Source: an uncultured Candidatus Saccharibacteria bacterium (GTDB taxonomy: Bacteria > Patescibacteriota > Saccharimonadia > Saccharimonadales > AWTP1-31). From it: a DNA stretch of 64,000 nt. This document shows, piece by piece, positions 9,173-17,146 of the stretch (its first letter is position 1; each line of letters starts with the position of its first letter). Location of the stretch: assembly GCA_964629815.1 (NCBI GenBank), contig CAZVTA010000002.1:66096-130095 (forward strand), given 5' to 3'. The translations under genes and the position numbers were made by a program. Under the pieces are notes generated by a model, which searched no databases, was not told the DNA's origin, and worked only from the letters and a program-made list of their open reading frames with translations.

Positions 9173-10984
9173 CTACGACGCAGTGGGTGGCATAAACGGT
9201 GGTGGCACAGGTGGTGGTGGCGTTGGGTTGCCTGACCCTGCTGTAGGATCTTTAGGCAGTTCACTGACTGGCTTTACAAGTTGTTCGGGAAATGCAGCTG
9301 CAGATGTTGGTTCAGGTGATTTGCCAAGATCTATCGGCTGTGCATTCAAAGATTGCACCGGTGCCGGCCGATCATTGGCGTCAGACAAATGCGCGTCGGC
9401 AACTGCCTTACGTGCATCGTCTGCAGCCTGAATGTGCGGACTATCCACCGATTCTTCTATTTGTGATAGTGTTTTTTCCGTATTCGACAATGGTTCTAGC
9501 GATTTTGCATGCGTCATACTATCAGAGTCTTTACTCGTCTCGGCCATTGGATTAACGCTTGGAGGTGTAACTTCTGGCTTATCGTTTGCGCTCAGAGGGC
9601 TGCCGAGTGTTGGTGGCTGCAAGATCATCTGTGACCCACCGGCCGATGGCGCCTGAGCTGGCTGCTGGGCTTCTTGTTTCTTCGCCTCTTCTACCCTGTG
9701 CAAACGTCCTTCGTCATCTATATGAATCTTATCAAGTGGGTCATATTCGCTTTCTTCGTTTTCGGCCTCTAGCTCTGAAAGCGATTTGCCGCTGTCAGAG
9801 TCGTCCTGCTTTGCTTGTGGTTCGTCTTTTGGCTCGTCTTCTTTATGACTAATTTCTAAAGAACCGTCTGCCTTTGACTTTTTTGCTTCGTTTTCTTTTG
9901 CGAGTTCGTTTAGTTTACCACTGTCAAAATCTTCTTCTTTTGGGATAGCCTTTGGCTCTTCGAGCTTATTAGCGACCAATTGCTGATTAGCGCCAGCCTT
10001 CATAAGCAAAGCCGAAACATTCATAGTATGAGGCGTTGTCTTGTCGTTGCTAAAACGCTCGGTTTCGGCCACAACACCCGTTAGGAACGCAGTTGCTACC
10101 TGTTCGTCAAGAACAGTTTTATTACCTTGAAGAGGCTCAATAATGCTCACAAGCATTTCACATAAGCTGCTGGCTTGGGGATCGAACCAATTAAGAGAGC
10201 CAATGTCAGCATTGTTTTTGTTATTAACCGTAATAACAACTGCATCGTGCAAAATCCTACCATGGGCGGTAATTGCTTCATCGAGCTCTTCGCGTTGATG
10301 CACGCCAATCGCTACGACAACATCAACATTAAAATCGCCTTGACTAAATTCTAGATCTTCTTGGCTTAAACTGGTGTGATACGGTGTTATAAATATTTTG
10401 ACAAACTGGTCCTCGACCTTGTATCGAAGCTTATCAGCCTTTGACTTGTCGAGAGCAATTATGAAATCGCGAAGGCTGTCAGTGGTTTTTTCGATAGTTT
10501 TTTCTGGCTGCAAGAACTCAATCGTACTAGGTACCGCACCACTAAATACTGCAGTAGCATGCTTATCGAGCTTGTTCAGCACTAACGTGGTGGCTATCGC
10601 AGAAGATAATTGATCAACTGACGGATTCTTGCTTACTGTTACCAGTACATTGTTGGCCTGCCGTAGTTTTTCGATAACCTCTTGCTGAACCGGGCCAGGC
10701 TGGTCGCCTGTTTGCGCCTGAGCCATCGGCATGGGCTGCTGAGGCAACAGTGTGTTAAGCGCACTCGGGTTTCCATGGTTTGTAATCGGCGGTACTAATG
10801 GCGCATTCTTATCTATTGGCATTTGTGGTGGCGGACTATACGGAACGAGTGGATCTGCCATGGGCTGCATGGGTTGTTGCCCACTCGAAGGCATCGGCGC
10901 ATTCAGCGGGGCGCCGACATCATTAGCAGGTCCAAGATTATTGGCTGGCGGTATATAGGGTTGTAGTGGTGCTGAGGGATCCAT
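9173..10984 (-). CDS. NrnA/DHH-fold-like protein with degenerate catalytic motifs, flanked by Pro-rich and K/E-rich low-complexity regions
   Basis: Residues ~101-340 align by eye with the NrnA DHH domain, but DHH reads NNK and the motif I/II/IV acidic residues are replaced. No DHHA1 domain. The stop abuts truB. Confidence 0.65.
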   Translation of the reverse strand: MDPSAPLQPYIPPANNLGPANDVGAPLNAPMPSSGQQPMQPMADPLVPYSPPPQMPIDKNAPLVPPITNHGNPSALNTLLPQQPMPMAQAQTGDQPGPVQQEVIEKLRQANNVLVTVSKNPSVDQLSSAIATTLVLNKLDKHATAVFSGAVPSTIEFLQPEKTIEKTTDSLRDFIIALDKSKADKLRYKVEDQFVKIFITPYHTSLSQEDLEFSQGDFNVDVVVAIGVHQREELDEAITAHGRILHDAVVITVNNKNNADIGSLNWFDPQASSLCEMLVSIIEPLQGNKTVLDEQVATAFLTGVVAETERFSNDKTTPHTMNVSALLMKAGANQQLVANKLEEPKAIPKEEDFDSGKLNELAKENEAKKSKADGSLEISHKEDEPKDEPQAKQDDSDSGKSLSELEAENEESEYDPLDKIHIDDEGRLHRVEEAKKQEAQQPAQAPSAGGSQMILQPPTLGSPLSANDKPEVTPPSVNPMAETSKDSDSMTHAKSLEPLSNTEKTLSQIEESVDSPHIQAADDARKAVADAHLSDANDRPAPVQSLNAQPIDLGKSPEPTSAAAFPEQLVKPVSELPKDPTAGSGNPTPPPPVPPPFMPPTAS

Positions 10985-11147
10985 TTTTTGTTTTGCTTCT
11001 TTTATCCAGAGCGTAGCATAAACGCTAACGCTTGTCTATTAGTTTACCGTATTTTGAGCTACACGTAACGCCCCTGCTTGAAAAGCACCCATGTTATCTG
11101 ATATAGTGTGTTTTTGATACAACAAACTAAACAGGATAACGATATCT

Positions 11148-11483
11148 ATGCCAATTATCAAATCTGCTAAAAAGCGTGTACGCGTAGCAAAGAAAGCTAC
11201 TATACGTAACAGCAAAACAAAACGCTCACTAAAGAGCGCGCTAAAAGCCTTTGCAGCCAGCTTCTCAAGTAAAGATGCTCAAAAAGCACAGAGTGCACTC
11301 GACAAAGCAGTGAAAAAAGGCGTGATTCATAAAAACAAAGCCGCACGCAAGAAAAAACAGCTTGCTGCCAAAGCAAAAGCAAATGGATCTAAGGCCACCA
11401 CTAAAAAAGCTGCTCTAAAAAAGACAGCAACCAAGAAACCCGTAGCAAAGAAAGCACCGGCAAAAAAGACAACCAAGAAGTAA
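11148..11483 (+). CDS. rpsT: 30S ribosomal protein S20 with Lys/Ala-rich C-terminal extension
   Basis: MPIIKSAKKRVRVAKKATIRN is the canonical S20 N-terminus. An extra ~30-aa KKAxxKK tail follows. Confidence 0.9.
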   Translation: MPIIKSAKKRVRVAKKATIRNSKTKRSLKSALKAFAASFSSKDAQKAQSALDKAVKKGVIHKNKAARKKKQLAAKAKANGSKATTKKAALKKTATKKPVAKKAPAKKTTKK

Positions 11484-11506
11484 AACTCTCGGTTACCATT
11501 CACGTT

Positions 11507-11537
11507 AAAAACCGCTATCACGCATAGCGGTTTTTTA
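11507..11537. terminator. bidirectional intrinsic terminator between convergent rpsT and holA
   Basis: AAAAACCGCTAT-CACGC-ATAGCGGTTTTTT: an 8-bp stem flanked by an A-run and a T-run. Confidence 0.6.
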
Positions 11538-12461
11538 TATCGCTGAAGAAAACTCGATAATAAACTCTCGGAGCGCCATGTCGGGGTTTACTGAAGTTGT
11601 CTTTATGCGTATATCAATTTGGCTAAGCGTATGTAGTGTATGAAAAAGCCGTTGCCTACTCAGCCTGTGCGACAAACCTTGGCTCTTGCGCAAAACGTAC
11701 GGATTTACTTTTGCCGTACGTGCAATATCATCGATGCTTTGGTTTTGGGCAACCGACAACAACGCAAGAATATGAAGCTGCCATGCTAGCATGCCGATGA
11801 TTGCTTGTGGTTCAACTTTTTGCTGACGTTGCTCGTCATATGTCGCAAGGGCTGGTTTGGTTTTACCGCTAAATATTTCTTCAACAAGCTGAAAAATAGT
11901 ACTCGAAGGGGTTTGTTCGGACAATTCATCGATAGAATGACGCGTTATTATCGAGTCGAAGTTCGCTAATTTTTGCAGCTCATTACTCAGCCGTTGCTGA
12001 TTGATCCCGACACGAGATACAAGATACTGTGCATCAGATCGGGCAATTGTCGCCCCCTGCTCTTTTGCAAAATCGACCATCCAAGCGACAAGCTCGTTGT
12101 CGTTCGGCTCGGCAAATTCATAAAATTCTGTTTTCTTTTTCAAGACCTTATACAAAGAACTGCGTTTATCGAATTTTGGCTCATGAATAATAACACTCAC
12201 GTCGTCATTCTCGATAGAAAGAACGTCTTCCATGTGTTCGATTAGCATTTTATTGCGCAATAAACCCTCTACTATAAGTAACCGTTTTTGGCTAAATAAC
12301 GAAACCGCCTGCAAACAGCTCTTAAGCTCGGCAACCGACATATCGGCCACATCGACATGCTCGACTTCGCCCTCTGGATTCTGCTGGCAAAAATTACTAA
12401 TAAGTGCGCGCAGCTTGGTACGCACGGCAAAACTGTTACTCCCCGACAATACCGTGATCAT
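11535..12461 (-). CDS. holA: DNA polymerase III subunit delta
   Basis: Size (308 aa), a general delta-subunit-like sequence and the conserved holA/rpsT convergent arrangement. No sharp motif, so confidence is moderate. Confidence 0.7.
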   Translation of the reverse strand: MITVLSGSNSFAVRTKLRALISNFCQQNPEGEVEHVDVADMSVAELKSCLQAVSLFSQKRLLIVEGLLRNKMLIEHMEDVLSIENDDVSVIIHEPKFDKRSSLYKVLKKKTEFYEFAEPNDNELVAWMVDFAKEQGATIARSDAQYLVSRVGINQQRLSNELQKLANFDSIITRHSIDELSEQTPSSTIFQLVEEIFSGKTKPALATYDEQRQQKVEPQAIIGMLAWQLHILALLSVAQNQSIDDIARTAKVNPYVLRKSQGLSHRLSRQRLFHTLHTLSQIDIRIKTTSVNPDMALREFIIEFSSAI

Positions 12462-12478
12462 GTAAACGTATTATACAG

Positions 12479-14149
12479 CTATACTGCGGTAAATTCTGAA
12501 CGACGGAGCGGAACAGGTGGTCGAGGATCTATACTGCGCCTCGTTGGTCGTACGGAACGCATAAAAGAACCGTTAAAACTAGGGTTATTTCGGAAATAGA
12601 ATTGCTTACCACCCACTTCTCTTCGAGTTACTGCCATTGAGGTATATGCGCCACCGTCGCATGCTTGCAACATTTTACAAAGCAAACGATAACTCTTAAT
12701 CATATCAATCGTCAAGACCATATCTTCTCCGTACATTTTGCGTAACACTTGGATAGCATGGGTATTAAAGGCGTCTTCTACATCCTCGCCACGTATATCG
12801 CGGCGGAAAACATACTCAGAACCTTCACCAATCATGCCAAGGATTAGTGTTTGGGTTCGTTCAGTAACTCCGAGTTCGTTCATAAAACGCTGTGCTTCAA
12901 TTTGGTTGTTGTCTTTCTGATAATCCCTACTACCAAGCGGTTTTCCAATATCATGCACCAGAAGTGCCAGTCGCATAGGAGCGAGCAGTGCCACCGGTAG
13001 ATTGTCGGCAAGACTCTCATCGAACATACGTAAGACTGTTTCAGTATGCTCACCAAGCGTGTACCGCTCCCAAACACCCGAATCCATGTCGAATCTATCC
13101 TCAAAACCGGGTACCTTTTTAGCAAGTTCAATAAGTCGCTCGGGTTTGGCATGCGCATCTTCGACAAGCACCCGGACTAGTTCATGGTTTTCGATAGACT
13201 CTTTGCCGGCAATACTCTCTAAATGTACAAATCTACCCAGTTTAGCGGCAATTTTCGCTCTCTTTTCTTGATAGAATTCGGGGGTATTAACACGCGACAG
13301 ATCAAACATGGAGTATGTTTCTACTGTTCTGCCGAGTGTAGCGGAGTTCATCATTTGACGAACGCCGACAACATGATTTTGCTCAAAAAATCTAGCTGCG
13401 TACTCTAAATTGACTGGTACGTCTACTGGCTGATTATTTGAATCCATTACTTTTATATCTGCAACGTTACTTTCATTAAGAAGCATGGTCTGTGCAATTT
13501 TTGTAGGATTAATCTCCATACACCGGCCGACGTTATAAACGCTTGCTACGTGTTGAACAAGGCCCTTGTCATACCCATTAAACGCTTCGTCATTTATGTC
13601 AGTGTAGCCAAAAAATGGTAATTGTTTTGAGCGTCTATAGCTATGTACTTCGGCAAACAAAGCAACATATTGGTCTTTGTCCTTAAAGTCAACAGGCGCT
13701 CCTTCGCTCGTTTTTGGCATTACTGTTCGTAACGCCGCTACATACTTCTTGTGTGACTCTGTATCAAGCTTACTTGGGTCAAAGGTCATGTCTAATACTC
13801 GTGCATCAGCATCTCGAGCTACGATATCATGAACCTGAACTTCCAAATTTGGGTCAGTACGGACCTTTTCGCGCACCCTCGCAGTCGCAAAATCTCGAGC
13901 ATCTTCTTCAGCGCCAGTATAGAGCGTTGTCCGTGCGTGGACATTCAGATTACCAGTCCGATCACCCCCATTATGAAAACTTGGCTCAACTTGCCACGGC
14001 TCACCTGGTCGCGCAGCACGACCATGGCTTAAATCGAGCTCAGAAACCATATGAAAAAGACCAAGTTCAGTAAGTGTCTGGAGTGCCTTATATTGCTCCG
14101 CCGACTCGAGACTACGCGAAAACTCTTGCCGTGTTTGAAATTCAGTCAT
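12479..14149 (-). CDS. HD-domain protein with large uncharacterised N-terminal region
   Basis: H...HD signature (YTLGEHTETVL ... LALLVHDIGKP) at about residues 385-420 of 556. The preceding ~350 aa show no recognisable motif. Confidence 0.7.
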   Translation of the reverse strand: MTEFQTRQEFSRSLESAEQYKALQTLTELGLFHMVSELDLSHGRAARPGEPWQVEPSFHNGGDRTGNLNVHARTTLYTGAEEDARDFATARVREKVRTDPNLEVQVHDIVARDADARVLDMTFDPSKLDTESHKKYVAALRTVMPKTSEGAPVDFKDKDQYVALFAEVHSYRRSKQLPFFGYTDINDEAFNGYDKGLVQHVASVYNVGRCMEINPTKIAQTMLLNESNVADIKVMDSNNQPVDVPVNLEYAARFFEQNHVVGVRQMMNSATLGRTVETYSMFDLSRVNTPEFYQEKRAKIAAKLGRFVHLESIAGKESIENHELVRVLVEDAHAKPERLIELAKKVPGFEDRFDMDSGVWERYTLGEHTETVLRMFDESLADNLPVALLAPMRLALLVHDIGKPLGSRDYQKDNNQIEAQRFMNELGVTERTQTLILGMIGEGSEYVFRRDIRGEDVEDAFNTHAIQVLRKMYGEDMVLTIDMIKSYRLLCKMLQACDGGAYTSMAVTRREVGGKQFYFRNNPSFNGSFMRSVRPTRRSIDPRPPVPLRRSEFTAV

Positions 14150-14192
14150 GTTTTTATTTTTTTATACATATACAGCGTACTGCTTGTACTCT

Positions 14193-15068
14193 TTATATGT
14201 CAACTGGTTGGCATTTTGGACATATATGAGTACCGCGACCGGCAACACGAATCTTGACCACAACCTCACCACAGCGCGGGCAGTTCTGACCTTCACGCCG
14301 GAATACTCGTGCAAAGCTCATATAGCTACCTTTTTTGCCTTTGGCGTTTACATAATTCCTATCGGTTGAACCGCCTTTTTCGATAGCAAGACGCAGTACG
14401 TATTGAAGTTCGGTATGTAATCGTTTTATTGCCTTGTCAGAAACGTCTTTAACCCGTTTCGATGGGTGTATTTTTGCTCCCCATAAACTCTCGTCGGCAT
14501 AAATATTTCCCACTCCTGCGAGAACCGTCTGGTCAAGCAACGCCGCCTTAATAGTAGTATTTGCGCGGCGTCGAAGTCGGTCTGTAAACACCTTGGCGGT
14601 AAATTCGTCAGATAGCGGCTCTGGACCAACTTTCTTAAAGAAATCAATCGAGGAAATTTCGATCGTCGGATATACCTTAACCCAACCAAATTTACGCTGA
14701 TCATTGAAAAACAACATCGCACTCTCTGACAGCTTAAAGACAACACGCGTACTTTTATCTGGCAACCGGCCAACCAGTGATTCGTTTGGATGGCCTGCAC
14801 CAAATGAATCATCGCGACCTCTATAGACAAGCTGACCAGTCATTTTTAGGTGTATAACAAGTGAATACTGCGTGCTGAGATCTATGAGTAGTACTTTAGC
14901 TCGTCGGCGCACATTCGTAACAGTGCTACCGATAACAAACTCATCGACATCTGTCCTGCTATTCGGAAACGTCTTCTCCCAGTCGCTATGTACAGCCTTG
15001 ATCTGCTTGCCAACTAATAAATCGACAAGGCCACGTCGTACAGTTTCTACCTCTGGAAGCTCTGGCAT
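14193..15068 (-). CDS. mutM: formamidopyrimidine-DNA glycosylase (Fpg/MutM)
   Basis: Starts MPELPEVETVRRGL (catalytic Pro2). C-terminal zinc finger is CPRCGEVVVKIRVAGRGTHICPKC. The start was moved from the track's 15236 to the ATG at 15068. Confidence 0.9.
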   Translation of the reverse strand: MPELPEVETVRRGLVDLLVGKQIKAVHSDWEKTFPNSRTDVDEFVIGSTVTNVRRRAKVLLIDLSTQYSLVIHLKMTGQLVYRGRDDSFGAGHPNESLVGRLPDKSTRVVFKLSESAMLFFNDQRKFGWVKVYPTIEISSIDFFKKVGPEPLSDEFTAKVFTDRLRRRANTTIKAALLDQTVLAGVGNIYADESLWGAKIHPSKRVKDVSDKAIKRLHTELQYVLRLAIEKGGSTDRNYVNAKGKKGSYMSFARVFRREGQNCPRCGEVVVKIRVAGRGTHICPKCQPVDI

Positions 15069-15107
15069 AGTATCTGTATTGTAACAGCGGTAGCGTATAC
15101 TATCCAT

Positions 15108-15347
15108 ATGATAGATTCCGTTGGTGACCTGTTGCACAATAGACGCCCCACAACGCCGCCCGAGATAGATCGTATCAAGCAGTACATAAAAAAACGATAC
15201 GACAAGACCGTTTCGGTTGAAATACACAAAAATCACATTAGCATCGTAACGCCCAGCGCAGCACTGGCGAATACGCTACGTCTTGATATGCCGCAAGTTC
15301 AAGCCGCTGCCGAATCTGATAAAAAAATTGTTATCAAGATCGGCTAG
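15108..15347 (+). CDS. small DUF721/DciA-like protein (tentative)
   Basis: 79 aa. The pattern ...HISIVTPSAALANTLRLDMPQVQAAA...KKIVIKIG resembles DUF721 family members. Divergent from fpg with a 39-nt gap. Confidence 0.45.
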   Translation: MIDSVGDLLHNRRPTTPPEIDRIKQYIKKRYDKTVSVEIHKNHISIVTPSAALANTLRLDMPQVQAAAESDKKIVIKIG

Positions 15348-15916
15348 GACTCAAGTATTCTCTCAATTTCCTCTTTGCACTGAATAAAGTCCTCGTAGAC
15401 TACCGCCTGCATGCCGACACGTTTTGCACCCTCGCAGTTATGCTCTCCGTCATCTACAAATATGCATTCTTTAGGTTTCACCGAAAGTTTTTCTGCAATT
15501 AATTCGAATATCGCTGCATCCGGTTTTATGAGCCCAACATTATGAGATAGAACAATTGCATCAAAGAGCCTCTGTTCTTCTGCAGACAAGAATACATCGG
15601 TCACCCAATCTGACCCTACATTGCTCAGCAAGCCAATTTTGTATGTTGGCTTTAGCGAGGAAATATACTCAAATAATCGCATGTTCTTTTGCATCTTACT
15701 CGAGTCGGTCAAAGTCTCTATGACCGCTGGCTCATGGCCCGTAAGTTCATGAATTGCTCGGCGATATTCAGCGAGCGTAATGCGATTAGCATCGTGCGCC
15801 CGGTTGAGCTCAGACGCTTCTGCTCGTTGTTCTTCCGGCAACGAAGTAATGAAATCTTTCCACAGCTCGGTTACCGTAAGCACACCAAAACAATCAAATA
15901 TAATCGCATTTATCAC
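15344..15916 (-). CDS. HAD-superfamily hydrolase (motif I reads DxF, haloacid-dehalogenase-like variant)
   Basis: Motifs IIFDCFGVLT, GLLSNVG, GLIKPD and FVDDGEHN correspond to HAD motifs I-IV. Confidence 0.8.
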   Translation of the reverse strand: MINAIIFDCFGVLTVTELWKDFITSLPEEQRAEASELNRAHDANRITLAEYRRAIHELTGHEPAVIETLTDSSKMQKNMRLFEYISSLKPTYKIGLLSNVGSDWVTDVFLSAEEQRLFDAIVLSHNVGLIKPDAAIFELIAEKLSVKPKECIFVDDGEHNCEGAKRVGMQAVVYEDFIQCKEEIERILES

Positions 15917-15935
15917 AGTACTACAGTACCGAAAA

Positions 15936-16523
15936 CTAGAACTCTACGCCAGAGACAAATTTTTGATAGTCAGGTATCTGTTTTTGGAACAGGTCGTTCA
16001 CAATACGAACATTTGCTGCACTTGTCCCTGTATTCTGGCATGTCGATGACCAGCTCGTAAACTTGATGTCACTATTGTCGATAATCTGGTAGATATAACG
16101 GTTTCCCAGTGGACATGAGCCCCTTACCTCTGTTTGCGTTACCTTCTTGCGCTCTTTGGTAAAGTTCTGCCTTGCAAGAGATCGCAAAAATACATCATAC
16201 GCCTGGGGATTATTGCCAAAAGAAGCACTTTTTATAACCTGACCTTCATAACCCTGTATAAGCTCTACATTTCGCGAGCCTCTGGCAACTGTAATCTTGA
16301 CCGATCGATGAATGTCGTCGCCGTTAACTTTACCGTCAAGCACAAATGAAACTCTGCTGTCTCGATCAATAAAATCATTTAACACAACTGCTTTTGGTAC
16401 AGTGCTCGTCTTTTTTTGTGTCTCTTTTTTACCGTCGCCACTAAATAGAACAATACCGAGCAATACTAATAAAAATATAACCGTAATAACAGTAATGATG
16501 CGTTTCTTATTCAAAGCAATCAC
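15936..16523 (-). CDS. hypothetical N-terminally membrane-anchored protein
   Basis: GTG start. TM helix IITVITVIFLLVLLGIVLF is followed by a soluble domain. No homology recognised. Confidence 0.6.
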   Translation of the reverse strand: MIALNKKRIITVITVIFLLVLLGIVLFSGDGKKETQKKTSTVPKAVVLNDFIDRDSRVSFVLDGKVNGDDIHRSVKITVARGSRNVELIQGYEGQVIKSASFGNNPQAYDVFLRSLARQNFTKERKKVTQTEVRGSCPLGNRYIYQIIDNSDIKFTSWSSTCQNTGTSAANVRIVNDLFQKQIPDYQKFVSGVEF

Positions 16524-16646
16524 CTCTTAATGGTAGTAATTATACCATAATTACTTTATTACAACAAGCACTTACTCGTCACTAAATGCAACTTCTAGAG
16601 CTTTACGCGTGAAGCCTTCTACTTAAAGTGGGTAATAACATATTTT

Positions 16647-17144
16647 TCATGTTCTCGTTTCTTCGATCAATTGACGACGTACATCCATAAGAATGATACC
16701 GAGATTATTTGCACCGTTATTACTGGCAATAGGGTCTACGCCCCAGAACGTATCTCCCCAATCGTTGCCTTCTACAATATCCTCTGTTCCGGTTGCAATA
16801 AGCTGTCTTGCAAGCTTAAAGTCTGCGCGAAACTTCTTTTCTACGGCAACCCTCATGAGCCCTATACGCGCTACTTCAGACTCGTCGACCAGCTCTGCAC
16901 CTTCAGACATTAGTTCGTATGCAAGCCGCTTTGCTGCCAAACCATCTTTATATGGTCTTGTGTCATCACAGGCACCACGCGCACTGGCAACCATACTGTG
17001 GCATTCTCTTTCTACAAACCGCTCTGCCATATACAGATGCTCCGAAGTAGGTACGTATAAACCGTGAGAAGTAGGAATGCGAACTCGTAATGGAAACATA
17101 TTACTCAGATAAAAATTTTCACCCCTAAATACCTCGATGGCCAT
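16647..17144 (-). CDS. NADAR (YbiA/DUF1768) domain protein
   Basis: FRGENFYLSNMFP, SEHLYMAERF, KF...LIATG and EGNDWGDTFWG...NNLGIILMDVR fit the NADAR signature. The start lies 2 nt after the polA stop. Confidence 0.8.
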   Translation of the reverse strand: MAIEVFRGENFYLSNMFPLRVRIPTSHGLYVPTSEHLYMAERFVERECHSMVASARGACDDTRPYKDGLAAKRLAYELMSEGAELVDESEVARIGLMRVAVEKKFRADFKLARQLIATGTEDIVEGNDWGDTFWGVDPIASNNGANNLGIILMDVRRQLIEETRT

Positions 17145-17146
17145 TT

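Noticed and set aside
15069-15236. 56-codon N-terminal extension of the fpg ORF given in the track.
   Set aside because: Fpg chemistry requires Pro2 as the N-terminal nucleophile, which places the start at the ATG at 15068 (MPELPEV). The extension is hydrophobic junk and would overlap the divergent DciA-like ORF.
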